NCBI GenBank assembly: GCA_005954745.1
Contig: CP040681.1
Location: 1 to 32,000, forward strand
Origin: Halostella pelagica
Lineage (GTDB): Archaea > Halobacteriota > Halobacteria > Halobacteriales > Natronoarchaeaceae
Direction of reading: 5' to 3'
Length of the DNA: 32,000 nt
This document shows, piece by piece, positions 17,208 through 25,068 of the stretch. The position numbers and the translations under genes are program-made. The notes beneath the pieces were generated by a model. That model worked only from the letters and a program-made list of their open reading frames with translations, was not told the DNA's origin and made no database searches. The number at the start of each line of letters is the position of its first letter. The stretch's first letter is position 1.

Positions 17208-18329
17208 CTACGGTTTCGTTATATCGGCGCTCGGCTCCGTGAGCCGTCCCCTCTCGGTTTCGTGCCGATGGGCCATCTCGGTCCTGGACTCTATTGAGTC
17301 GGGGTCGGTCGCGATGTCTACGATAACGTCGGTGAGGTTCACCGTCTCGCTCATCAACGTCTCGCGCCGACGCTCCCACCGTTCCGTCGCCGTCTCGTCG
17401 GCGAGTAACTCCGTCGCCGTCTCGGACACCTGGTCGAACGCCCGGAGGTTCCGAACCAGGCCGCGGTTTTCGAGTTCGATGAAGTTACCCATGTCGTCCT
17501 CGCCGACGAAGGAGTTCGACCTGATAGCGGGCGTTCCGAGCAGCGCCGCCTCCGTTACCATCGTCTGCGTGTCCGCGACGAGCAAGTCCGCCTCGGCCAG
17601 TGCGTCGTGGAGCAGCGCCGGGTGGACGTCGAACTCCCGGGCCGGCAGCGAGTCCGTGTCCATCTCCTCCCCTTCGTCGGAGAGCAACACCGTCGCCTCG
17701 TCGGCCAGATCCTCCACCAGTTGTCGCCGTTGCCCGGGGGTAAACCCGCCCTCTCCGACGTCGTGGTGAGAGCCGAAGGCGTTGAACCGCACCAGTACGA
17801 AGCGCTCGTCGGGGTCGAGACCGAGACGGTCGCGGACGTCCCCGGCGGGTTCGTACACGTCCGGGTGGAGATACGCACATTCCTTGAACCCGGGGAACTC
17901 GTAGTGGTCTTCGCCGAGATCCTTCTGGAAGGCGGCGGGGGTCAACATCGCGTCCGCGAACGGCTTCGATATCTTGTGGTCGAGCGACGTGGGTTCCGAG
18001 TCGAGGATGAGTACGACCGGCGAACGCGTTACCGCTCCGGCGTGAGCGGAGTACGCGCCCATTCCGAACACGAGATCAGGGTCGAACCGGACGCCGTAAC
18101 TGAATATGTTCCGGTAGTGGTTCGGCAGGTTACGCAGTAACGAGTATTTGCTCGTATCACACTGACCGTACGTCGTGTACGGCAGGTCGTACCAGTCGAG
18201 CAGTTCCGTCGTACAGCCGTAGTCCCGGGCGAGGATCCGGGCGTCGTGACCGCGGTTCCGTAGCTCTCTCACCGCGTGCTTGTAGAGGTGCACGTGGGCG
18301 GGCGTATTGGTAAAAAACAACTGTCTCAT
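17208..18329 (-). CDS. DUF354-type protein (GT-B / 2-epimerase-like fold, predicted)
   Basis: 373 aa. N-terminal MRQLFFTNTPAHVHLYKHAVREL and C-terminal ADLLVADTQTMVTEAALLGTPAIR are typical of archaeal DUF354. Confidence 0.75.
   Translation of the reverse strand: MRQLFFTNTPAHVHLYKHAVRELRNRGHDARILARDYGCTTELLDWYDLPYTTYGQCDTSKYSLLRNLPNHYRNIFSYGVRFDPDLVFGMGAYSAHAGAVTRSPVVLILDSEPTSLDHKISKPFADAMLTPAAFQKDLGEDHYEFPGFKECAYLHPDVYEPAGDVRDRLGLDPDERFVLVRFNAFGSHHDVGEGGFTPGQRRQLVEDLADEATVLLSDEGEEMDTDSLPAREFDVHPALLHDALAEADLLVADTQTMVTEAALLGTPAIRSNSFVGEDDMGNFIELENRGLVRNLRAFDQVSETATELLADETATERWERRRETLMSETVNLTDVIVDIATDPDSIESRTEMAHRHETERGRLTEPSADITKP
17214..17222 (-). promoter_or_regulatory. ATAACGAAA box
   Basis: Lies inside the last codons of the DUF354 gene, 59 nt upstream of ATG 17163. 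Its spacing is longer than the others. Confidence 0.2.
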
Positions 18330-18354
18330 CGGATCAGAGTCTGACAGCGGCGAA

Positions 18355-18363
18355 CTTTGTTAG
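18355..18363 (-). promoter_or_regulatory. TATA-like box CTAACAAAG
   Basis: Starts 34 nt upstream of ATG 18329 on the - strand. Confidence 0.4.
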
Positions 18364-18529
18364 GTGGGGCTTGTTCTACCGCCCGGGTGGAGTTTGTGTC
18401 GTGTAACCCCGTTCGGCGCGATCCAAGCGACCCCGCCGTCTACGATTTCTCGGATAGTCGCGCTCTCGCGTTCGACTCTTGCTCAGCTTTTCGTTCGTGA
18501 AACGGTCCCTGATATCCCATAGGCGGGCT

Positions 18530-18538
18530 ATTACAATG
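18530..18538 (+). promoter_or_regulatory. TATA-like box ATTACAATG within ATAGGCGGGCTATTACAATG
   Basis: 18 of 20 nt identical to 22078-22097. Lies 40 nt upstream of ATG 18570 (19-codon uORF). Confidence 0.35.
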
Positions 18539-18682
18539 TTGTCTGCACCGGTAGCAGGCTTCACGACTCATGTTTGCCGGATCTCGAATGAACAGACACC
18601 ACGGGAGACGCTCAGCGAACCTCGTATGACGTTGAATTCACCTGGCAGCACACAGAAGCACCGATCCCCGGGGCCACCATCC

Positions 18683-19909
18683 ATGGAAGGGAACCAGCCG
18701 ACCATCATGCGCATCCTACGAGAGACGGTCGCGTACGCGCGACACCGGGACTACACCGGCTGGGACTACGGCGACGGGATGTCGAGTAAAATTCGGCAGG
18801 CGCTCCCGATCGACAACAAGTGGGTCAACATCGCCTTTCAGGAGACGATAAAGCGGTCCCCGGTCAACGTCAGGCCGCTGTTTCTCGTCGAGCAGCGCCG
18901 TAACTACAAGGGGACGGCGCTGTTTGCGATGACGAACCTGAACTTCCACCGGTTGAAAACGGACATCGATTACGGGACCGACATCGTCGGCGGGACGGAC
19001 TATCTCGACGAGGCACACCAACTGCTCCAGTGGCTGATCGATAACCAGTCGACGGGGTACAGCGGTTTCTGCGGCGGGCACAAACACCAGATCCAGCATC
19101 TCGACGGACGGGGCGTTCCCAACGATCCGGACGTCGTCTCGACGTCGTACGCGGTCAAAGCCCTGCTCTCCGGCACCGATCTGGACTCCCGATACCCCGA
19201 AATAGCCCGCACTGCGGCCGACTTCGTCGTCGAAGACCTCAACTATCGCGAGGTGGACAACGGCGACGGCGCTATCATCAACTATCACAAGAACCACTCC
19301 GAGGAGTACTACACGATAAACGCCGGTGCGCTGGGCGCGCGTCTGCTCATCGAACTGTACGATTACTTCGGCGACGAGAAACTCCGCGAACGCTCGACGA
19401 AGATCCTAGACCATATCGCGAGAAAGCAGACCGACGTCGGCGGCTGGACGTACCGTGATCCCCCGTCCGCGTCACATCTATCGATGGACAGCCACCACAA
19501 CGGGTTCATCATCGAAGCGCTCCAGCAGTACCGGTCGCTCACCGGATCGTCGCGGTACGACGACACTATCGACCGGGCGCTGACGTTCTACCGGGGCCTG
19601 TTCGACCCCGACGGAGCGCCCCACTTCGACGAGTCGAACGCCTACCCGCGGGACATCCACGCGGTGGCGCAGGGGATCCTCGTGTTCACCTACGCCGGCG
19701 ACCTCGAGTTCGCGGAGCGGATCCTCCAATGGACGCTCGACAACCTCTACGCGGGTGACGGACAGTTCTACTACCGGAAACAGCGGTTCTACACCAAGCG
19801 TATCACGCTCATGCGCTGGTGTCAGGCCTGGATGGCCTACGCGATGTCGGAGTATCTGACCGCTCAGCGACTTTCGGGGTCTCCTGACCAGACCGTCGAG
19901 ATCGGATAA
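18683..19909 (+). CDS. uncharacterised protein, possibly alpha/alpha-toroid (six-hairpin / prenyltransferase-like) fold
   Basis: Long acidic ORF with GGW-type motifs (DVGGWTYRDP, DSHHNGFIIEAL). The start is uncertain: in-frame ATGs at 18626, 18683 and 18707. Sequence upstream of 18626 is not acidic or coding-like. Confidence 0.65.
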   Translation: MEGNQPTIMRILRETVAYARHRDYTGWDYGDGMSSKIRQALPIDNKWVNIAFQETIKRSPVNVRPLFLVEQRRNYKGTALFAMTNLNFHRLKTDIDYGTDIVGGTDYLDEAHQLLQWLIDNQSTGYSGFCGGHKHQIQHLDGRGVPNDPDVVSTSYAVKALLSGTDLDSRYPEIARTAADFVVEDLNYREVDNGDGAIINYHKNHSEEYYTINAGALGARLLIELYDYFGDEKLRERSTKILDHIARKQTDVGGWTYRDPPSASHLSMDSHHNGFIIEALQQYRSLTGSSRYDDTIDRALTFYRGLFDPDGAPHFDESNAYPRDIHAVAQGILVFTYAGDLEFAERILQWTLDNLYAGDGQFYYRKQRFYTKRITLMRWCQAWMAYAMSEYLTAQRLSGSPDQTVEIG

Positions 19910-19926
19910 CGGGCCCGGTTAGGCGG

Positions 19927-19937
19927 TTATTTAATAA
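19927..19937 (+). promoter_or_regulatory. TATA box TTATTTAATAA preceded by TAGGCGG
   Basis: Centre about 33 nt upstream of ATG 19965, consistent with a leaderless or short-leader transcript. Confidence 0.45.
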
Positions 19938-19964
19938 GGAGATCGAGCCCTTTCTTCCGCGTAC

Positions 19965-21026
19965 ATGGACGTACTCATCGTCGGAGTTGCCGGTAAACGG
20001 ACCGGCGGGATCGCACAGTACATCGCCGATCAACGTCGGCACGTAGACGATGCCGACCTCCGAGTGTACGATACGCACACGGCGTCCGACGGGGGAACCC
20101 TCTCGTTTCTTCGAGCGGTTCTCGCGTCGCTCTGGACCTTCCTCGCGTTCCCGTTCCGTCGCCGGCCGGATGTCGTCCACGTACACACCTCACATCAGTT
20201 CTCGTTCTACCGCTCGTCGCTGTACGTCCTCGTCGCTTCGTACCTCTGGCGTCGGCCCGTGGTGTTACACGTGCACGGTTCCTCGTTCGACGAGTTCGCG
20301 CTAACCGATTCGTACGCCGTCGCCGCGCTTCAGCGGATCGTCTTCGACGCCAGCGACCGGATCGTCGTCCTCTCGGAGTACTGGAAGGACGTGCTCTCTC
20401 TCAAAGTCGAGGAAGAGAAACTGTTCGTCCTGCCGAACGCCGTCGACGCGTCGGAGTACTCCCCCTCGTTCGACCACGAGAAACCGCATCTCGTCTTCGT
20501 CTCGAACCACATCGAACGCAAGGGGATCGTCGGGTTCGTCGACGCTATCGACCGCCTCAAGCGAAACGAGACGCCGCCGTTTCGCGTCTCCATCGCGGGC
20601 GACGGTCCGCTCTCGGACCACGCGTCGTCGCTGTGTGAAACCTACGACGACGCCGAGTATCTCGGCTACGTCTCCGAGGAGCGAAAGCAGGCGCTGTTAG
20701 AAGACGCGTCGGTCTACGTTCTGCCGACGTACGCGGAGGGGCTTCCGATCGCCTTGCTCGAAGGAATGGCCGGCGGGAACGCTGTCGTGACGACCGACGT
20801 CGGAAGTATTCCGGAGGTTGTCGGCGACCGAAACGGCCGAATCATCACCCCTGGCGACGTCGACGGACTGAAGCAGGCGCTCAAGGCTATGGTCGAGGAC
20901 CACGAGACTGCGACGGGCATGGGCGAGGCGAACCGGGACCTCGTCGTCGACGAGTACACCTGGTCGACGGCCAGCGACCGGCTTGTCGATCTGTACGCGG
21001 AGATAGGGGAGGAGACGAACGCGTAG
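19965..21026 (+). CDS. family 4 (GT-B, group 1) glycosyltransferase
   Basis: EGLPIALLEGMAGGNAVVTTDVGSIPEVV (E-x7-E region), 353 aa. Confidence 0.85.
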   Translation: MDVLIVGVAGKRTGGIAQYIADQRRHVDDADLRVYDTHTASDGGTLSFLRAVLASLWTFLAFPFRRRPDVVHVHTSHQFSFYRSSLYVLVASYLWRRPVVLHVHGSSFDEFALTDSYAVAALQRIVFDASDRIVVLSEYWKDVLSLKVEEEKLFVLPNAVDASEYSPSFDHEKPHLVFVSNHIERKGIVGFVDAIDRLKRNETPPFRVSIAGDGPLSDHASSLCETYDDAEYLGYVSEERKQALLEDASVYVLPTYAEGLPIALLEGMAGGNAVVTTDVGSIPEVVGDRNGRIITPGDVDGLKQALKAMVEDHETATGMGEANRDLVVDEYTWSTASDRLVDLYAEIGEETNA

Positions 21027-21030
21027 CCGG

Positions 21031-21960
21031 CTACTCCGCGTATCCGAGTTGCTGGAGTCGCTCCGTCACCGTGTCGTCCGTAGCTAACTCCGTTTCAGAC
21101 GGTCGCTCGGTTCTGATAGTCTTTCGTTCTCCAGTTTCGTACTCCAGCCAGGGGACTGTCACGAGCGAGTCCGTGTACACGCCCGGCGGATGACCCCACT
21201 CCTCGATCGGGACTGGCTCCGCCCGCTCGCCGATCATGTTTCCGTGGTCGGCTGTGACGACTGTTTTCCCGACGAGGTCGTCCAGCAGGTCGTGGACGGC
21301 GTCGAGAACGAGGTCGAAGTTGTCCCGGTAGGCGTGCCAGATCGTCTCCTTCGACACGTCTCGTTCCCCCTGCATGAGCTTTCCCCAGATGTCCGTCCCG
21401 TCTCCGTCCTCCAACCGATTGTCGACGGTGAGTTCGGGAGCGTTGATAAACGGGTAATGCGGCTGCATGAAGTGGACGATGAGGCGTTTGTCCGGATACT
21501 CGTCGTTCGCCTCGCGGGCGTACCGCACCATCGTCTCGGGCAGGACCGTGCCGTGTTCGTCGTTCCAGTCGTCCGTGTCCCAGACGTTGACGACGTCGTG
21601 AAACGAGGCGTCGAGGCGGTCCCGCCAGCGGTGCAGTTGCGGACTGGCGGTGACGTACACGGTGTCGTGGAGCGTTCTCCCTTCGAAGTTCGCTTCGAGG
21701 AACTCGACGGTGTGGGAACCGCGGGACTGGCGGGATTCGAGCGTTCCTGGCAGGTCGTGACGAACGTCGAACAGGTCGTACCGGCAGCCGTCTAACACCA
21801 GTAAGTTGTCCCAGTCCTCCATCACCACGTCGACGCCGTCGGTGTTGTACGGCCGGTTGTACAGCCGCTGGTAGTAGAGCCGATTCAGTTCGCGTCCGAA
21901 AAACGACGGGTTCGACGCGACGCGTCGGAGTCCCCGTCGAATCTGTCCGGCGGAGTACAT
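21031..21960 (-). CDS. short alkaline-phosphatase-superfamily protein (sulfatase/phosphodiesterase-like)
   Basis: LLVLDGCRYD and VVTADHGNMIGE metal-site-like motifs. C-terminal tail ERLQQLGYAE parallels RLANLGYIE of 3603-5225. Confidence 0.7.
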   Translation of the reverse strand: MYSAGQIRRGLRRVASNPSFFGRELNRLYYQRLYNRPYNTDGVDVVMEDWDNLLVLDGCRYDLFDVRHDLPGTLESRQSRGSHTVEFLEANFEGRTLHDTVYVTASPQLHRWRDRLDASFHDVVNVWDTDDWNDEHGTVLPETMVRYAREANDEYPDKRLIVHFMQPHYPFINAPELTVDNRLEDGDGTDIWGKLMQGERDVSKETIWHAYRDNFDLVLDAVHDLLDDLVGKTVVTADHGNMIGERAEPVPIEEWGHPPGVYTDSLVTVPWLEYETGERKTIRTERPSETELATDDTVTERLQQLGYAE

Positions 21961-21985
21961 CGGTTGATTGTACCTCTGTCATGGT

Positions 21986-21994
21986 CATAGTAAA
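21986..21994 (-). promoter_or_regulatory. TATA-like box TTTACTATG
   Basis: Starts 34 nt upstream of ATG 21960 on the - strand. Confidence 0.35.
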
Positions 21995-22088
21995 GTGGAC
22001 GTTACCGCCTGTGCGGACCACTGAGCAACGCTTCCACCGAAACTCCCCTCTCGTGGTTTCTACCGCCTGTCGCCGGTATAGGAGGTCT

Positions 22089-22097
22089 ATTACAATG
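22089..22097 (+). promoter_or_regulatory. TATA-like box ATTACAATG within ATAGGAGGTCTATTACAATG
   Basis: Lies 34 nt upstream of ATG 22123. Confidence 0.4.
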
Positions 22098-22122
22098 CGA
22101 ATGTGAGCGGGATACTGTCGGT

Positions 22123-23979
22123 ATGCCGAACGGCTCTCGGAGTCATCTGTATCGTACTATGGACAGCGGACTGCTCGCTCTCGGGTTCCTCTCTCTCGCA
22201 GCGGGGATCTTCTTCGCGGCGAACGACCCGCCGAACGGCTACGAACTCTCCGTTTACACCGAAACGTCGATCCGCTTCTGGGTCGGCGTCAGCGTCGCTT
22301 TCATGGTCGCGCTCTTCGTCACGTTTACCGCCGGTCAGCTATGGCAGCGGTCGACCGCCCTGTTGCTCGCGGGGGCGTCGACGGTCGCTATCGCCGGCCT
22401 CCCGCTCGTCCGGGGGTACCGTTTCTACGGCTCGAACGACTCGCTGACGCATCTGGGGTGGGCCCGGGACGTTCTCTCCGGAACGACGGAGCCGGAAACG
22501 CTGTTTTATCCGGCGCTTCACCTGCTGACAATCGTCTCCCACCGACTTACCGGGCTCTCCCCGGAGCGGTCGATGATGCTCGCGGTCCTCCTGCTTACCA
22601 CTATCTTTCTCGTCTTCGTCCCGCTATCGGTCCGTGCGCTCACCGACAGTTACGACGCCGTCGCGATCGCAGTCTTTTCTGCCGCGTTCATGTTGCCGAT
22701 CACTAACCTCAGCACCCACATCCACGCGCATTCGTTCACGCAGGCGACGATGTTTACCGGTTTGCTGCTGTTCGTCTTTTTCGTCTACGTGGCTCGTTCG
22801 CCGTCCTCCGCCCTGTCGATCACGCCGATCGACCTCCTGCTGGCGGTGGTCTCGTTCGCCCTCGTCATGTATCACCCGCAGCAAGCCGCGAACGTCCTTT
22901 TGCTGTTTCTCACTGTCTCGGTCGTGCAGTTCGTCGTTTCGCGCACGCCGTTCGGGATCGCTGAACCGATCCGCTCGCAGCGACGGTTCTACGTTCCGAC
23001 GCTCGTGTTCGGGGCCATCTTCTTTCTCTGGACGTCGCGGTACGAACTGTTTTTCAGCGCCACTGAGTACGTCACTACCACCTTTCTCCAGTTCCTGCTG
23101 GGGTCGCCCGGCCCGATCGGCGAGTCCGTCCAATCACAGGGGGCCTCGCTCTCGGCGCTCGGCGCAGGGCTTCACGAGATCGTCTTCAAACTGCTGTTCC
23201 CGAGCCTCGTTCTCTCTCTCATCGCCGCCACCCTGATGCTCGCGGCGCTCACCGGTAGGCTAGACGGGCGACTCGGCAACAGGAACGCGATTGTGTTGTA
23301 CCTCACGCTCGGTTTCGTTCCTATCACCGGCATCTTCGTCGTCTACTTCGTCGGGAGCATCTCCGAGCAGTACTTCCGCCACTGGGGTTTCATGATGTTG
23401 CTCGTATCGGTTCTCGCTCCGATCGCGCTCTATCGCTTGCTCGACGGTCTCTCGGGACGGTTCTCCACGCCGACGCTCCGCGCGGCGACCGTTGGACTCC
23501 TGATCGTGTTACTACCGCTCGCTCTCCTGACGGTGTTTCCGTCCCCGTACGTCTACATGCCCAGTCAGCACGTAACTGACACGCAGATGGAAGGATACGA
23601 CACCGCGTTCACCTATCACAATCAGAGTCTGGACCTCGTCGGGGTTCGGGGGGGACCCTACCGGTACAGCGACGGTATTCAGGGCGTCGCGGCGGCCGAA
23701 GAGGAGTATCTCCGCGGCGTGACGAGCGAGAACATGAGTCGGTTGCCGGAGACGGAGGGAGCGCCCCGCTATCTCGCCTTTTCGCAGTTCGACGTCGAAC
23801 GCGAAGTGGGGGCCTATCAGGGTCTCCGGTACTCGCAGTCCGACTTCAGCGCCGTCCGGTCTCAGCCCGGCGTTCACCGGGTCAGTTCGAACGGGGACGT
23901 GGAACTGTACTACGTCTCTTCTAGCGACGCCGACAGCCAGGAGTCCGCCGACGGGGACGGCTCCGAGTCCGCCGCCTGA
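22123..23979 (+). CDS. polytopic membrane protein (~13-14 TM) with extracytoplasmic C-terminal domain and acidic tail; glycan polymerase / GT-C-like candidate
   Basis: Hydrophobic segments run through about residue 485, followed by a soluble ~130-aa domain ending SSDADSQESADGDGSESAA. No WWDYG motif, so this is not AglB. Confidence 0.75.
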   Translation: MPNGSRSHLYRTMDSGLLALGFLSLAAGIFFAANDPPNGYELSVYTETSIRFWVGVSVAFMVALFVTFTAGQLWQRSTALLLAGASTVAIAGLPLVRGYRFYGSNDSLTHLGWARDVLSGTTEPETLFYPALHLLTIVSHRLTGLSPERSMMLAVLLLTTIFLVFVPLSVRALTDSYDAVAIAVFSAAFMLPITNLSTHIHAHSFTQATMFTGLLLFVFFVYVARSPSSALSITPIDLLLAVVSFALVMYHPQQAANVLLLFLTVSVVQFVVSRTPFGIAEPIRSQRRFYVPTLVFGAIFFLWTSRYELFFSATEYVTTTFLQFLLGSPGPIGESVQSQGASLSALGAGLHEIVFKLLFPSLVLSLIAATLMLAALTGRLDGRLGNRNAIVLYLTLGFVPITGIFVVYFVGSISEQYFRHWGFMMLLVSVLAPIALYRLLDGLSGRFSTPTLRAATVGLLIVLLPLALLTVFPSPYVYMPSQHVTDTQMEGYDTAFTYHNQSLDLVGVRGGPYRYSDGIQGVAAAEEEYLRGVTSENMSRLPETEGAPRYLAFSQFDVEREVGAYQGLRYSQSDFSAVRSQPGVHRVSSNGDVELYYVSSSDADSQESADGDGSESAA

Positions 23980-23991
23980 TCGGCGATTCAG

Positions 23992-24005
23992 GCCGTATAT
24001 ACGGC
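23992..24005. other. perfect 14-nt palindrome GCCGTATATACGGC
   Basis: Lies 13 nt after stop 23979 and 26 nt before the ATAACAAAC box. Confidence 0.6.
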
Positions 24006-24030
24006 GGCCGGGGGCTCATTCAAACTGTCC

Positions 24031-24039
24031 ATAACAAAC
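24031..24039 (+). promoter_or_regulatory. TATA-like box ATAACAAAC
   Basis: Lies 45 nt upstream of ATG 24076. Confidence 0.35.
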
Positions 24040-24075
24040 ACTCCTTGTCTCTTACTATCGCTCAGAAGTCAGATC

Positions 24076-25068
24076 ATGAAAGCTATCGTCCCAACGGCGG
24101 GTCGAGGGACGCGGTTGTTCCCACACACCCACACGAAGCCGAAGTCGATGGTTCGTATCGCCGGGAAACCGATCCTCGGCCACATCCTCTCCGGATTCGA
24201 GTCGACTGCCGTTTCGGAAGTCGTCATCGTCGTCGGCGGACCGATGAGCGACCAGGTCGTGGAGTACGCTCGCGACGCCTACGGCGACGCGTTCGACCTC
24301 ACCTTCGTCGAACAGGCCGACCCGGAAGGGCTCGGACACAGCGTCTACCAGACTCGACCCGTGGTTGCGGACGACCCCGCGATCATCGTCCTCGGAGACA
24401 TGCTGTTCGAGAACGGGTACGACGAGTTTCTGGCCGCTCACGACGGGTCGAGCGCCGGCAGCGTCGGCGTCAAGCCCGTCGACGAACCGGAACATTACGG
24501 CGTCGTCGACACCTACGAGGGAGCCGTCGTCGATCTCATCGAGAAGCCGTCCGAACCGCCGTCGGACCTGGCTATCACCGGTGTGTACGTCATCGAGGAC
24601 ACTGCGACCCTGTTCGACGAACTCGAATACCTGATCGAGAACGACGTCCGCGGCGCGGGCGACGAGTATCAACTCACCGACGCGTTGCAAGGGATGACCG
24701 ACCGCGGTTGCACGCTGACCACGTTCGAGGTCGACGACTGGTACGACTGCGGCCGCCCGGAAACGCTCCTCGAAGCGAACCGCGTCACGCTCGACGAGAC
24801 GGAGACGAACGGCGGCGACCGCCCGACTATCGTCCCGCCGGTCGACTGCGGCGACGACGTCACTGTCGAGGGGAGCGTCGTCGGTCCGCACGTCAGCCTC
24901 GCGGACGGCGTCACCGTCGAAAACAGCGTCGTCCGCGATAGCATCCTCGGGCGCGAGGCGACGCTCACCGACTGTAACGTAGCGCGCAGTATCGTCGGCG
25001 ACAACGCGACTATCGTCGGCGAGTCGAAGGAACTCGACGTCGGCGACAACAGCACGGTCGAACTATGA
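24076..25068 (+). CDS. sugar-1-phosphate nucleotidyltransferase with C-terminal left-handed beta-helix
   Basis: MKAIVPTAGRGTRLFP..KPK (G-x-G-T-R-L) and C-terminal hexapeptide repeats. ATGA overlap with the next gene. Confidence 0.9.
   Translation: MKAIVPTAGRGTRLFPHTHTKPKSMVRIAGKPILGHILSGFESTAVSEVVIVVGGPMSDQVVEYARDAYGDAFDLTFVEQADPEGLGHSVYQTRPVVADDPAIIVLGDMLFENGYDEFLAAHDGSSAGSVGVKPVDEPEHYGVVDTYEGAVVDLIEKPSEPPSDLAITGVYVIEDTATLFDELEYLIENDVRGAGDEYQLTDALQGMTDRGCTLTTFEVDDWYDCGRPETLLEANRVTLDETETNGGDRPTIVPPVDCGDDVTVEGSVVGPHVSLADGVTVENSVVRDSILGREATLTDCNVARSIVGDNATIVGESKELDVGDNSTVEL

Noticed and set aside
17164-17379. 72-codon N-terminal extension of the PKD surface protein ORF
   Set aside because: The extension overlaps the 3' end of the DUF354 gene and is Arg-rich. 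The internal Met at 17163 is followed directly by a classical signal peptide.
18479-18625. Upstream extension of the toroid-like ORF (track start 18479)
   Set aside because: It is S/T/P/R-rich and non-acidic, and it runs through the promoter-like 20-mer. The true start is more likely 18626, 18683 or 18707.
21095-22021. 308-aa - strand ORF nearly co-extensive with the AP-like gene
   Set aside because: It is an alternative frame rich in Arg/Pro/Gly. The 21031-21960 frame carries the DHG metal-site motif and an acidic composition.
24045-24941. 298-aa + strand ORF overlapping the nucleotidyltransferase gene
   Set aside because: It is Arg-rich low-complexity sequence (RRRR runs) in an alternative frame, whereas the 24076-25068 frame has unmistakable G-x-G-T-R-L and hexapeptide motifs.
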